Below, piece after piece: positions 19,060 to 28,632 of a stretch of DNA of 64,000 nucleotides. The number at the start of each line of letters is the position of its first letter. Position 1 is the first letter of the stretch. The notes beneath the pieces were generated by a model, which was not told the origin of the DNA, did no database searches, and saw only the letters and a program-made list of their open reading frames with translations. The position numbers and the translations under genes were made by a program. Origin of the DNA: a virus (lineage: Duplodnaviria; Caudoviricetes); IMG/VR virus record IMGVR_UViG_2740891882_000003, positions 13,141 through 77,140 of that record; one strand, 5' to 3'.

Positions 19060-20127
19060 TTAGTCGGTGATGCGTTCGAGGATCGCCAGCGCCTTCTCGT
19101 GGCCGACGCCGAAGCCCTTGCGGGTGCGGAACTTGACCGCGAGGTCGTCGGTGGAGTCCTGGGCGCGCGCCTGGTCGGTCAGCGTCTCCGGGGCCGAGCG
19201 GTCGCCGCGCTTGAGGAACTGCCGGTTGCCGAAGATCAGCAGGTCGTTGCCGCCGGGGGAACCGAGGGCGGTCGCCGACACCTTGCAGCCGCGGGACCAG
19301 GCGACCGGAACGTTGAACAGGGTGTCCGGCGTACCCGCCCCGGTCTCCAGGAAGATCGGGCGGCCCTGGCTGTCGAGGGTGTTACGGAACGCGTCGCGCC
19401 AGCCCGGGGCGGCGATGACCAGCTGGTCGGCCTGGCTCCAGTACTTGCCGGTCTCGACCTTCTTCATGGTCGCGGACAGCTTCTCGTACAGGGAGGCGCC
19501 GGCCGACGACGCGGAGTACGAGACGTTGTCGTCGTCCCACGTCAGATAGTTGTCGTCGGCGGTGTACGAGGTCGCGGAGTTGGTGGTGCGCAGCGCCTTG
19601 TACACGGACGTGAAGGGGACGGTCGTACCATTCTCGGCGGCACTGACGGCGAGGCAGGCGTTGTCGAACGTGTCGGCGTAGCTGATCGCCCAGTCCATAC
19701 CCTTGACGCGGAGCGTGTCCACGACCGAGTCGGCGTCGGCGAGGTCGTCCTCGTCGACGACGAACTGGCTGATGAAGCGGCGTGCCGTCAGCGTGATGTA
19801 GTCGTTGGCCGACGCATCGGGCGTGTACGTGGTGCCGACGGAGACGGTCAGGCCGCCGGAGCGCAGAACGCGCTTGGTGGCGGACGTCATCGTGTGAGGG
19901 CGCCCGTAGCGCTCGACGGCCGATTCGGCGAGAACGCGGGTGATGACCTCGGAGTCCCACTCGATGGGGATCCAGTTGTCGATGATGTCCGTGGAGGCGG
20001 CACCGGCAATCTGGTAGATCGGGTACAGCTTGCCGGGTTCCTCGCCCGCAGCGATGCGGGCCTTGCGGAAGCCGATGATCGAGCCGGGCTCCGGGCTGAT
20101 GTTCACGGGCACGCGCGTCGGGCGCAT
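19060..20127 (-). CDS. Major capsid protein (HK97 fold)
   Basis: LDSQGRPIF, TLFNVPV, IFGN; follows scaffold. Confidence 0.88.
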   Translation of the reverse strand: MRPTRVPVNISPEPGSIIGFRKARIAAGEEPGKLYPIYQIAGAASTDIIDNWIPIEWDSEVITRVLAESAVERYGRPHTMTSATKRVLRSGGLTVSVGTTYTPDASANDYITLTARRFISQFVVDEDDLADADSVVDTLRVKGMDWAISYADTFDNACLAVSAAENGTTVPFTSVYKALRTTNSATSYTADDNYLTWDDDNVSYSASSAGASLYEKLSATMKKVETGKYWSQADQLVIAAPGWRDAFRNTLDSQGRPIFLETGAGTPDTLFNVPVAWSRGCKVSATALGSPGGNDLLIFGNRQFLKRGDRSAPETLTDQARAQDSTDDLAVKFRTRKGFGVGHEKALAILERITD

Positions 20128-20235
20128 AGCTACCTCAGGAAGGACGGGGGCTCACAGCCCGCACGGTTGGGTGGATGCCCTACCTGGGCGAACTGTGAGC
20201 GTCCCGCTCGTTCCTGCTCGAACCCTGAGGTTCGG

Positions 20236-20985
20236 TCAGCTGCCGCGAAGTGCCCGCTGCGCGAGGGTCTCGGCCCATCCCTTGGGCTCCGGCTTCGGCG
20301 CGGGCTTGTCCGCTGCGTCCACCTTAGCTGCGGGTACACCATTCTGGCCAGAACCACCAGCCCCATTGGACGGATTGGCAGAACGGGTGCGCTTGAAGAA
20401 CTCCGGCCACTCCTGCTTGATGGCGTCGATCTGCTCGGACAGGCCGGTGATCTCGCCGTCGTCGATGTCGACGTCGTCCAGATCGATCAGCTTCATCAGC
20501 GAGTTCAGCCGCTGCCCGTTCCAGCCCGCCTCCGCCAGTGCAGAGTTGACGCCGGTCACGAGGGCCTTCGTCTTACGCAGGCCGCGCAGTTCCGCCTCCG
20601 CGGTTGCCTTCTCGATCTGCCGCTTCACCTCGGCGGCGCTCGGCCCCTGCGGCTGGTCGTCCTTCGGCGCCACAGGCTCCGGCTCGGGCTCGTCGGGCTC
20701 GACCTTGTTGCCGGTCTTCGGGTCGATGCCATGCTGCCGCAGGTACTTGCGGCGGGCGGCGGCTTCCGCGTCGGCCTTCCGTTTCCCCTCGACGAGCTTC
20801 TCGTACTCCTCGCGGGACGGCGGTGTCCAGTCGTCGGCCGGCTCGTTGTCCGGCTCAGGCGCGGCGTTCGCTGCCGGCTCCGGGGCGGGGTCGTCTCCGC
20901 CGTCGGCGTAGCAGACGAACGGGTCGCGGTAGGGGTGCGCCCAGGCGACGGCCGGACGGTGTCGGGCGAGGGTTCGGGGTGCCAT
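20236..20985 (-). CDS. Capsid scaffolding protein
   Basis: Acidic/Pro-rich and helical, EAAARR, WPEFF; precedes capsid. Confidence 0.8.
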   Translation of the reverse strand: MAPRTLARHRPAVAWAHPYRDPFVCYADGGDDPAPEPAANAAPEPDNEPADDWTPPSREEYEKLVEGKRKADAEAAARRKYLRQHGIDPKTGNKVEPDEPEPEPVAPKDDQPQGPSAAEVKRQIEKATAEAELRGLRKTKALVTGVNSALAEAGWNGQRLNSLMKLIDLDDVDIDDGEITGLSEQIDAIKQEWPEFFKRTRSANPSNGAGGSGQNGVPAAKVDAADKPAPKPEPKGWAETLAQRALRGS

Positions 20986-20996
20986 GCGTTTCTCCT

Positions 20997-22001
20997 TCAG
21001 CTGCGGCCGGCCGCTGTGGCTTCGGCCTGTCGCCGGACGCGCGCGGACAGGCCGCGTTGCGCCAGCAGTGCGTGGGCTGCCCGGCGGCGGGCGGCGCGCG
21101 ATTCGGTGGATGTTCCGTGGCCGGTGGCGATCGACCGCCACGCCTGGTCTCGGAGTAGATCCGGGAGGCTGTCCGGCCCGGTGTCCCAGTCGGGCATCCA
21201 GGGGACGAGGCGGCAGCGGCAGTTGATGTGAGCGGGCGGCCCGTCGAGCGGCGCCTTGCGGGCGCTGCGCGAGTGAGGGTCCATGGACAGGCCTCCGGGG
21301 AAGCGGCTGTCGCGGTCGGCGAGGCGTCCGGCGTAGGCGAGGCAGATGACGCAGGCGTCCGGCTCGGTCACCCACATGCCGCGTGCCCCGTAATGGTCGG
21401 CGACCTGTGCAGCGCCATCGTTGATTGCGCGATGGATAGTCCAGGCGATGGTCTGCCGCACCAGTGTGGCCGCACGGCGGGCCGCGGCGAGCCCGAGGAT
21501 GACACCCCGCCAGCCACTTGAGGAGACGGCGCGTGGGGTGAGCAGCCGGGCAGCGAGCTGCAACTGTTCGGCCACCGTCTCCTGCATGCGAACGGCCACT
21601 TCTGCAACATCACGGCTCACGTCGAGGTCCGGTAGGGCGTGGTCACGGCCAGACGCCCGCCGCAAGAAGTCGACTGCATGCCGGCCCCCTAGGTGTGTCG
21701 CCTCCTCCAGTGCGTCCTCCAGCGCCCGTCGTGAGCGCACCCCAAGCCCGCTACTTGCCCGGTCCACGTCCCCGCGGAGGCCAGTCAGCAGACGTGCCAA
21801 CTGCACCCCTGTACCCAGGACGGCGAGCGCGCCGAACGCCGCCACCCACGCCGTCAGGGCGACCGCGAGCAGGCCGGCCAGCTTGGCGCCTGCGCCACCG
21901 TCGGCCTGCTGCGCCGTCTGCTCCTCGAACGCGGCAGCCTCCGCCGCCTGCTCCTCCTGTACGAGCGTGGCGAGCTGCTGCGGGGGGGCGGGACGGGCCA
22001 T
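20997..22001 (-). CDS. MuF-like minor head protein
   Basis: DACVIC and PPAHINCRC motifs; follows portal. Confidence 0.8.
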   Translation of the reverse strand: MARPAPPQQLATLVQEEQAAEAAAFEEQTAQQADGGAGAKLAGLLAVALTAWVAAFGALAVLGTGVQLARLLTGLRGDVDRASSGLGVRSRRALEDALEEATHLGGRHAVDFLRRASGRDHALPDLDVSRDVAEVAVRMQETVAEQLQLAARLLTPRAVSSSGWRGVILGLAAARRAATLVRQTIAWTIHRAINDGAAQVADHYGARGMWVTEPDACVICLAYAGRLADRDSRFPGGLSMDPHSRSARKAPLDGPPAHINCRCRLVPWMPDWDTGPDSLPDLLRDQAWRSIATGHGTSTESRAARRRAAHALLAQRGLSARVRRQAEATAAGRS

Positions 22002-23539
22002 CAGCGGTTGGCCTCCGCATCACCGAGCGTCTCGGTGGCGCCGAGGACGCCGTCGAGGAGGGCGGCCACCTGCTGCTCGCTGATGGCGCCCAATTGGACG
22101 CCGGTGCCGAGGGCCTGGACGGCGTTGCCGAGGGAGGTGAGCAGGTCGACGCGGCGCTGCAGTTCGGCGTCGTCGTCGAGGGCGGACAGCCAGGCTTCGA
22201 CCATCTCGGGCGGGCAGCCGGCCTCGATGAGGGCGCGTTCACGTGGTACTCCTGCGCCGATCTTCGCGTCGACGGTGGCCCAGCCTTCACTGTCGTCGCG
22301 GTAGTCGGCGGGCTGCCAGCGCACGGTGACGGTGACGTCGTCGTAGCCCAGCAGGCGCAGCGCGAACTCGAACGCGTCCTGGTGGGTGGCGCCGAAACTC
22401 CGCTGCCGGGCCTGTACGCGCGCGGTGAGGGCGGCGCGGGCCTCACGGCGCGCCTCGCCGGAGATGGCGTCGCCAGTGGAGTCGAACTCCTGGAATGGCG
22501 TGGACGTGACCTGCGCCATCGCCTTGACGTACCGGTCGAACGGTGCGAGGTACACCTGCGGGTCCGCGGCGGCGAACTGGCCGACACCCTTCAACCCTTG
22601 CAGCATCCACAGTTCGCCCGGATCGTTCCGCAGCTGCGACGGATTCAGCGGAGACTCAGGGTCGCCGTCGAGATCCTCGGGGTTGTCCGGGTCGAAGTCG
22701 GCCTGCGCGCCGGACTGGTCGACCGCGGGATCGATGAGTCCGTACCGCTGCGGCAGCGACTGGAAGTCCACCGTGGCCAGATGGCCGAGGACAAGCTTGT
22801 TGATGGCGGCCTGCGGCCCGTAGGCGGCATAGTGCTCGGGCCGGCCATAGGGGCGGCCAGTGCGGTAGTGAAAGAACGGGATTTCGTCCCACGGGTTGGG
22901 CAGTATCCAGTCCTGACCGTCGGCGTCGAAGTGCTCCCACTTGTCCTGCTTGCCTGAGTGCTTTCCCTTCCATACCCAGCGCTCGATCCGGGCCGGCTCC
23001 TCCATGCTGGTGGCGCCGTAGTACAGGTCTGCGCGGATCTGCTGCTCCTTGCCGGAGCCGACGCACCATGACTTGATGGCCAGCTTCTTGCGGAGCGGGT
23101 TCTCCTCGTCGTAGATCACGCGCACGGTGGCGGCGGAGTTGACGAACATGTCGACTGCGGTCACCGTGCCCTGGTCGTCGAGGGCGGGCCACACCATCAG
23201 GTAGGCGTCGCCCTGCGAGCAGGCGCGGACGTGGAGGCCGGGGAGTTCCTCGTCGAGTTCGTTCCGCTTGACCAGGTCGGCGATCTCGGCATCCAGATCG
23301 TCATCGGATGCAGTGATGGCGGTGATGTGGAGTCGGTCGGTGACTGCGGTGACGGGAATGCGCGCGAAGTTGATCTCGTCGAGTTCGTCCAGGTTGGATT
23401 TGGCGAGCATCTTCGCCACCTTGTCGGACGCGAAGATCTCATCGACGTCCCCGTCGAAGTACGCCTCCGCCTTCGCATAGCCGGGCCGGGCCTCGACGAG
23501 TTCGGCGTAGGCGGCCACGAGATCAGCAGTACCGGCCAT
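22001..23539 (-). CDS. Portal protein (SPP1-like)
   Basis: YFDG, GDAYLMVW, SGEAR; follows terminase. Confidence 0.9.
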   Translation of the reverse strand: MAGTADLVAAYAELVEARPGYAKAEAYFDGDVDEIFASDKVAKMLAKSNLDELDEINFARIPVTAVTDRLHITAITASDDDLDAEIADLVKRNELDEELPGLHVRACSQGDAYLMVWPALDDQGTVTAVDMFVNSAATVRVIYDEENPLRKKLAIKSWCVGSGKEQQIRADLYYGATSMEEPARIERWVWKGKHSGKQDKWEHFDADGQDWILPNPWDEIPFFHYRTGRPYGRPEHYAAYGPQAAINKLVLGHLATVDFQSLPQRYGLIDPAVDQSGAQADFDPDNPEDLDGDPESPLNPSQLRNDPGELWMLQGLKGVGQFAAADPQVYLAPFDRYVKAMAQVTSTPFQEFDSTGDAISGEARREARAALTARVQARQRSFGATHQDAFEFALRLLGYDDVTVTVRWQPADYRDDSEGWATVDAKIGAGVPRERALIEAGCPPEMVEAWLSALDDDAELQRRVDLLTSLGNAVQALGTGVQLGAISEQQVAALLDGVLGATETLGDAEANR

Positions 23540-23542
23540 AGG

Positions 23543-25123
23543 TCACCTCGGGCTCACGGAACGGACCGCGGCCTTCGGCCGGGCGGGGGGCTTCAGGAAG
23601 CGCAGGACCGCATTGCCGACGGTGTCGACAAGGTCGTCGTTAGGGGCCTTCGGGAAGGCGACCATCTGCTCTTCGAGGGCGGGCAGCGGCTCGGCATGCA
23701 TGACCCGAGTGGGGATCAGCTGGTACAGGTTCAGGAGACGTTCGGCGCGCGTCTCCTTCTTGTCGCTGTTGGAGAAGGTGACGACCTTGACGGGCAGGTC
23801 ATGGAACACCTCAAGCCACAGGTCACCGCCCTGGTTCGACTCGACGAGAATCGCGCCGATCTCCGGGAACGATTCAAGGATCTGCAGGACGCGGGTGCGC
23901 AGCTCCTTGCCCTTGAGCTTCACGGCCTGCGCGAACTTGACCAGGCAGCGTGCTGGGCGGCCGTCGTCGGCGGGCGCCCAGCCGACGACGGACAGGCCGG
24001 TGAAGTCCGATGTCTTCTTGGTGGTGACGGCGCCGTCAACGGACAGGTAGGTGCGGGCGGTGGGGAACGCGCCGTAGGTGAAGTCGTCTTCGGACCAGTA
24101 GGCGCCGTCGGCGGCCATCGGATCGTTGAGGTAGTTCTTCCGGAAGCTGCGGGTGTGTTCGATCTTCTTCAGGAAGTCGAGCGGCCACTTCGACGGCCAC
24201 ATGGACCGCTCGCCGCCGAAGTCGTCTGTGACGATCGGCAGATGGTGGTGGACCCGGAACTGCTGCTCCCCCACCCAGGCGTTGCCTTCGGCTCGCTCCC
24301 CCTTGCCCCACTTCACCAGCTGGTGGGTGATGCTTCCCGGCATCGTCACCGTGCCGCTGAGGACCACCCTCGCGTAGATGTTCAAAGGCAGGATGGCGTC
24401 GGTGACGGTCTTCAGCCGCTTGTCCGCCTGGTATGCCGAGTAGCTGGATTCATCCGGCTCCACATCGTCCAGGAGCAGCAGGTCGGGGCGCCGTTCGCCG
24501 ACCTTCATGCCAAGGCTGGATGCGTCGATACCCTTCGCCGCGAACACGAACCCGTTGGACCGGATCACCATGTGCTTCGCATCCGACTCCGACGCACCCG
24601 ACGGGCGGCGGCCGGCCGAGCACAACTTGGGGAAGTCGCGGCGCAGCGCAGCGTTCTGGTCGACTTCCTTCCGGAAAGTGCCCAGGTGCATTTCCGCCTG
24701 CGGGCCGGAGTCGGCGAACACGGCGGCGAACTTGACGTGCCCGTGCGCGGCCGCCCACAGCGGCAGGATGAACAGCATCCACGTCGACTTGCCGGTATCC
24801 CGGGGGGCGAGGAACGCGTCCCGCTGCTCCATCGGCGCGGCCGGGGGAATGGCCCACTGCCGGGCGAGGCGCACCCATTCGAGGTGGGCGTCGGCGAAGG
24901 TCACGCGGCCTTCGGGGTCGCGGAGGTGGTGCAGGCAGTACAGGACGGCGAACAGCAGCGGGTCGAACCGTGTGGCCTCGATGCGGGCTTCCCGGTATTG
25001 GGGGCTGCCGTCGATGAGGCGTGCGTCGATGCCGGCGACCCAGGCGGTGAAGTCGAACGTCTCCGCGTTCGCGCCCAGGTCGTAGGGGTCGGCGATGCGC
25101 AGCTGATCGACGGCGCTGGTCAC
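23543..25123 (-). CDS. terL: Terminase large subunit
   Basis: PRDTGKST Walker A, LLLLDDVE, SVDGA, FPKAPNDDLVD. Confidence 0.93.
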   Translation of the reverse strand: MTSAVDQLRIADPYDLGANAETFDFTAWVAGIDARLIDGSPQYREARIEATRFDPLLFAVLYCLHHLRDPEGRVTFADAHLEWVRLARQWAIPPAAPMEQRDAFLAPRDTGKSTWMLFILPLWAAAHGHVKFAAVFADSGPQAEMHLGTFRKEVDQNAALRRDFPKLCSAGRRPSGASESDAKHMVIRSNGFVFAAKGIDASSLGMKVGERRPDLLLLDDVEPDESSYSAYQADKRLKTVTDAILPLNIYARVVLSGTVTMPGSITHQLVKWGKGERAEGNAWVGEQQFRVHHHLPIVTDDFGGERSMWPSKWPLDFLKKIEHTRSFRKNYLNDPMAADGAYWSEDDFTYGAFPTARTYLSVDGAVTTKKTSDFTGLSVVGWAPADDGRPARCLVKFAQAVKLKGKELRTRVLQILESFPEIGAILVESNQGGDLWLEVFHDLPVKVVTFSNSDKKETRAERLLNLYQLIPTRVMHAEPLPALEEQMVAFPKAPNDDLVDTVGNAVLRFLKPPARPKAAVRSVSPR

Positions 25124-25728
25124 TCGCCCGACTCCCGTTCGGCGCGCAGCCCTTCGACGACGGTGGCGTTCTTGGCGCGCATCTCGGCAACGAGTTCTTG
25201 CAGGGCAACGTCCTGCTGGGTGGTTTCGGTGACGGTCGCTTCGACGCGGGTGGGGGCATCAAGGCCGAACAGCTTACGCAGCTGCTCCACGTTCCTGGAC
25301 CGTTCGCCTTCGATCTTCACGAGGCGGTCGATCGCGGCGAGCACAGGCCCGTAGTCGGCGAGGGGCTCACCTTCGAGCATGATGACGCGGCCGTTGTTGA
25401 CGGTGATGTGGTGCTTCTCCAGCACGCCGAGCGCGACTGCTTCGAGCCTGTCGAGGCGCGGCAGGGCCGCTTCGATGCGTTCGAAGACGATGGCCCGATA
25501 GGTGTCGATCTTCGGGTCGACGCGGCGGGCGCCCTCCTCGCGGACCAGGTCGCGGACCGTACTGGAGCTGATGCGGTGCCCGCCAGTAGGCCCGTTGGGG
25601 TCCTGGGTGAGGTCGTCGATGGCGCCGTTGCTCATGCCGCGGGCTTTGAGGTCGAAGACGATTTCGGCGAGCCGCCAGCGTTCGGCAGTGTTGCGCCGCT
25701 TGTACGGGCCGGGCCCCGCCTCCACCAT
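25120..25728 (-). CDS. terS: Terminase small subunit
   Basis: N-terminal HTH-like segment, KLFGLDAPTRVE; coupled to terL. Confidence 0.75.
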   Translation of the reverse strand: MVEAGPGPYKRRNTAERWRLAEIVFDLKARGMSNGAIDDLTQDPNGPTGGHRISSSTVRDLVREEGARRVDPKIDTYRAIVFERIEAALPRLDRLEAVALGVLEKHHITVNNGRVIMLEGEPLADYGPVLAAIDRLVKIEGERSRNVEQLRKLFGLDAPTRVEATVTETTQQDVALQELVAEMRAKNATVVEGLRAERESGE

Positions 25729-25877
25729 CCCAACCTCCCCAATGCCGTGGATTCCTCAGAATCACACCACCCTCACCTTCGAATCGTAGGCCATAGGGTC
25801 GCATTAGTCGCCCACTCCCCTACCGCGACACCCGGCGCGGGCGCACCATGGAAGGCAGAACGGCGAGGGAGGCATGG

Positions 25878-26072
25878 ATGGTCAGCGCACGCGGAGGCCG
25901 CTACGGCTTCGTTTACCGATCAAGGCAGTCCGTGTACCGAGCCCTACGCCGCAAAGGCGCCAGCAAGTCGAAAGCCGCCCGCATCAGCAACGAAGGCTTC
26001 ACCCGTGCAGGACGATCCCTCATGGCGAAGAAGGCGGCGAAGACCCGGCGGTCGCGCGGCCGTCGGCGGTAG
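25878..26072 (+). CDS. Small, very basic protein
   Basis: RBS GGAGG; YRALRRKGASKSKAARISN. Confidence 0.7.
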   Translation: MVSARGGRYGFVYRSRQSVYRALRRKGASKSKAARISNEGFTRAGRSLMAKKAAKTRRSRGRRR

Positions 26073-26122
26073 CATCCCCGCACCGCACGCAGGGGGTGTG
26101 TGCGGCCTGTTGGGGGGTTGTG

Positions 26123-26377
26123 ATGGGGGTTCGCCTTTCTGGCGGTATCGGCCCACTGAGGGTGTCGGTGCCAGTAATCGGGGGAGGCGGCGCGAATGCG
26201 GCCGTCGGCCTCTTCGCGGTGATGATGAAGGGGGTCGTCTACCTCGTGTGGTTCGAGCTCGTCCTGTGCTGGTACCTGCTTGTCGGGTGCTACTGGCTAC
26301 TGCGGGCCGTGTACTGGGAGGCGCCGCGGGCCGGTTGGCGGTGGTGGCAGCGACGGCAAGCGGTAAACAGCAGTTGA
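26123..26377 (+). CDS. Small membrane protein
   Basis: Hydrophobic, Trp-rich C-terminal half. Confidence 0.55.
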   Translation: MGVRLSGGIGPLRVSVPVIGGGGANAAVGLFAVMMKGVVYLVWFELVLCWYLLVGCYWLLRAVYWEAPRAGWRWWQRRQAVNSS

Positions 26378-26383
26378 ACAACA

Positions 26384-26420
26384 CGAAGGCCCCGGTCCGG
26401 ACGGCGGATCGGGGCCTTCG
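26384..26420. terminator. Hairpin terminator between convergent genes
   Basis: CGAAGGCCCCGGTCCG / CGGATCGGGGCCTTCG. Confidence 0.75.
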
Positions 26421-26432
26421 ACGTGCGCGGGG

Positions 26433-26630
26433 TCAGGCGTTGCGGGTCACCGTGGCGTGTTCCCAGACCTTGCCGTTGAGCTGGTCAGGGTCTCCGGGGT
26501 TGACGGTCAGCTCACCCAGCTCGCCGCGCACGATGGCGCGGACTTCGACGACGGGGCCTTGTTCGGTGTGAACGTGGTCGCCGATCTGGAAGTCGTCGGC
26601 GGGGATCCGGAGTTCGGTCATGGGGTTCAT
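26433..26630 (-). CDS. Hypothetical protein
   Basis: Coupled operon, GC3-rich. Confidence 0.6.
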   Translation of the reverse strand: MNPMTELRIPADDFQIGDHVHTEQGPVVEVRAIVRGELGELTVNPGDPDQLNGKVWEHATVTRNA

Positions 26631-26878
26631 CCTGTCGGGTTGGGCGATGTATTTGCTTCGTCGTCCTCAACTGCCTTCGTGCAGCCTCGGCATGGGGTGA
26701 TGGCGCCGAGGGGGTAGCCGCGTTCGAGGTAGCCGGTTTTCCCGCAGGCTGCTTCGAGGAGATCCCACCAGCGTTCATCGATCGGGCGTTTCGTGCGGTG
26801 GTAGGTGCGGCCCTTGACGAACCGGACCTGCTTGATCGGGTACAGCTCGGCCATCGACGGGGCGGGTGGTGCGGTCAT
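26627..26878 (-). CDS. Hypothetical protein, possible zinc finger
   Basis: H...CG...CRGC. Confidence 0.6.
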   Translation of the reverse strand: MTAPPAPSMAELYPIKQVRFVKGRTYHRTKRPIDERWWDLLEAACGKTGYLERGYPLGAITPCRGCTKAVEDDEANTSPNPTG

Positions 26879-26985
26879 CAGTCCTCTTCCTCGTCCTGGC
26901 TGGTGTCGCGGTCGCCCCACCAGCGGTCCCAGTCGGCGGCCTCTTCGACGGTTTCCTCCCACGCGGGGAGCTGCTGGGCGGTCAT
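26878..26985 (-). CDS. 35-aa acidic peptide
   Basis: MTAQQLPAWEETVEEAADWDRWW; overlaps both neighbours. Confidence 0.5.
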   Translation of the reverse strand: MTAQQLPAWEETVEEAADWDRWWGDRDTSQDEEED

Positions 26986-27320
26986 GCGGCGAGGGCGAGC
27001 TTGGCGGCGACGAGCTTGTAGGCGGGCTTGCGGGGCCGGTAGGCGATCGCGATGAGGGCGACCTGCTGGGGGGTGTAGCGGACGCAGTCCCGCATGTGGC
27101 GGCCGGCATGGATGCGGCCGGGGGTGCCGTGGATGGCGAGTTTGGCGGCGGTCTTGCGGAGGGTTCCGGCGACGGATGCGGCGTCGCGGTGGTTGAGGCC
27201 CTGGGCCATGCAGTGGGAGGCGAGAGTACCGGTGCCGTTGCGGTGGATGCGGGCGTCGGCTCGGGTGGCGGCGGCTCGGGCCTTCAGGGTGGCGCGGCGG
27301 GTGCGGTTGGACTGGAGCAT
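26982..27320 (-). CDS. Basic hypothetical protein
   Basis: RBS GAGGGGG; R/K-rich. Confidence 0.65.
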   Translation of the reverse strand: MLQSNRTRRATLKARAAATRADARIHRNGTGTLASHCMAQGLNHRDAASVAGTLRKTAAKLAIHGTPGRIHAGRHMRDCVRYTPQQVALIAIAYRPRKPAYKLVAAKLALAA

Positions 27321-27340
27321 GGTTCCCCCTCTTGCTTGCT

Positions 27341-27422
27341 GTCTATTTTCTAGACACTCAAAGCATGACACACCCCGGGTCCCACGTCTATTCCGTAGAC
27401 ACTTCGCGTCTATGAAGCAGAC
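27341..27422. promoter_or_regulatory. Three palindromic operators GTCTA-N5-(T/C)AGAC
   Basis: 27341-27355, 27386-27400, 27408-27422 in a divergent intergenic region. Confidence 0.75.
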
Positions 27423-27445
27423 GAGCGCCGTGAGACGATGCCCCA

Positions 27446-27775
27446 ATGACCACCGACTGGGAGAAACAACTCGCCCGCCGCGCACAGGCCGTAGAGCGTG
27501 CCGATCAGCAGCGCGACGAAGACATCGCCGCCGCACGCCTCGACGGGCACTCGTTCCGCGAGATTGGCCGATGGGCCAAGGTGAACCACGAGCGAGCCCG
27601 CACCATCGCCATCCGCATCAACGGCGACTCCCGCACCCGCGCGGAGCGGACCTCAACGACAGCGGCCACGCCGCACGGTGAACTCAGCTGGGGGCCCGGT
27701 CTCCCGCCAGTCGAGGAGCAGCCCACCCACCGGAAGCCGGAGCGCCCGGTGGGCAGCGAGGAGAACGCCGGATGA
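27446..27775 (+). CDS. Small HTH regulator
   Basis: GHSFREIGRWAKVNHERARTIA. Confidence 0.7.
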   Translation: MTTDWEKQLARRAQAVERADQQRDEDIAAARLDGHSFREIGRWAKVNHERARTIAIRINGDSRTRAERTSTTAATPHGELSWGPGLPPVEEQPTHRKPERPVGSEENAG

Positions 27776-28080
27776 GCCCCGCCCCCGGCACCACCCGCTA
27801 CCTGTGTCCGCTCGAATGCGGCTGGCACCACGACGTTCCCCCACCCAGCGTCGAACGGGTCGCCGAGCTGGGCGTCACCGCCGACCCGGCCGCCCGGGAC
27901 ATCCACGAGGCGATCACCTCGGTTGCGCACCGGGCGACCTTCGCCGAGGCCCAGCGGACGGAGACGGCGCTCCGCGAACACCTCGACACCCACACCACCG
28001 AGCAGTACGTCCGCGTCATCCGCGACCTGCGAGTCGAGGTCGCACGCCTGAAGGATGCTGCAGAACACGCACCCAGGTAG
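27772..28080 (+). CDS. Hypothetical protein
   Basis: ATGA overlap; CPLECGW...HLDTH. Confidence 0.6.
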   Translation: MSPAPGTTRYLCPLECGWHHDVPPPSVERVAELGVTADPAARDIHEAITSVAHRATFAEAQRTETALREHLDTHTTEQYVRVIRDLRVEVARLKDAAEHAPR

Positions 28081-28095
28081 CCCGCCGCACGCCGA

Positions 28096-28127
28096 AGGGC
28101 CCCGGCCGAGGAACCGGCCGGGGCCCT
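28096..28127. terminator. Hairpin terminator between convergent genes
   Basis: AGGGCCCCGGCC / GGCCGGGGCCCT, perfect. Confidence 0.7.
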
Positions 28128-28155
28128 GTCGCATCCGGGGAGCCCGGCCGACGCC

Positions 28156-28617
28156 TCAGTCCCGGTTGATGGTCTTGGACCAGACGGCGCGGGTGTGGGT
28201 GATGCGGGTTTCCTGGTGGACGTTGCCGGTGTACGTCTGGTGGATTTCGGCGGGTGCGGCTTCGCCGGTCCGGCGAACGAGGCGGGCCACGGCGAGGATG
28301 GGCACGGCCACGATCGCCGGGGCCGCACAAACCATGCCGATGACCGTGGGGTTGGCGTAGCCCGAGGCGAGCATCACGCCAATGGCGATCGCACCGGGTG
28401 GGATCGTGGCGGCGGAGGCGGACAGCATGACTGTGCTGGCGTCGACGGCCCTCTGTGACATGGGTGGCCGTTCGGGCTTCAGGGCGGGCGGGCTGATGCC
28501 GTGTCGCCTGGCTTCGTGGAGGGCGTTGTCGATGGCCGCCTTGATGACGGCGTCGGTGAGCGGGTTGTCGGCCTGCCCGGCCGCGGTGGCGGCGGGCGGC
28601 TCGGGCAGGACGGTCAT
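28156..28617 (-). CDS. Spd-like (spread) membrane protein
   Basis: Two TM segments then HQTYTGNVHQ tail; downstream of TraB-like gene. Confidence 0.5.
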   Translation of the reverse strand: MTVLPEPPAATAAGQADNPLTDAVIKAAIDNALHEARRHGISPPALKPERPPMSQRAVDASTVMLSASAATIPPGAIAIGVMLASGYANPTVIGMVCAAPAIVAVPILAVARLVRRTGEAAPAEIHQTYTGNVHQETRITHTRAVWSKTINRD

Positions 28618-28632
28618 GGCGGGTGGGTTCTC

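Noticed and set aside
25783-25788. TACGAT on minus strand as late promoter -10, or a cos/pac site nearby
   Set aside because: A single hexamer with no clear -35 or cos pattern
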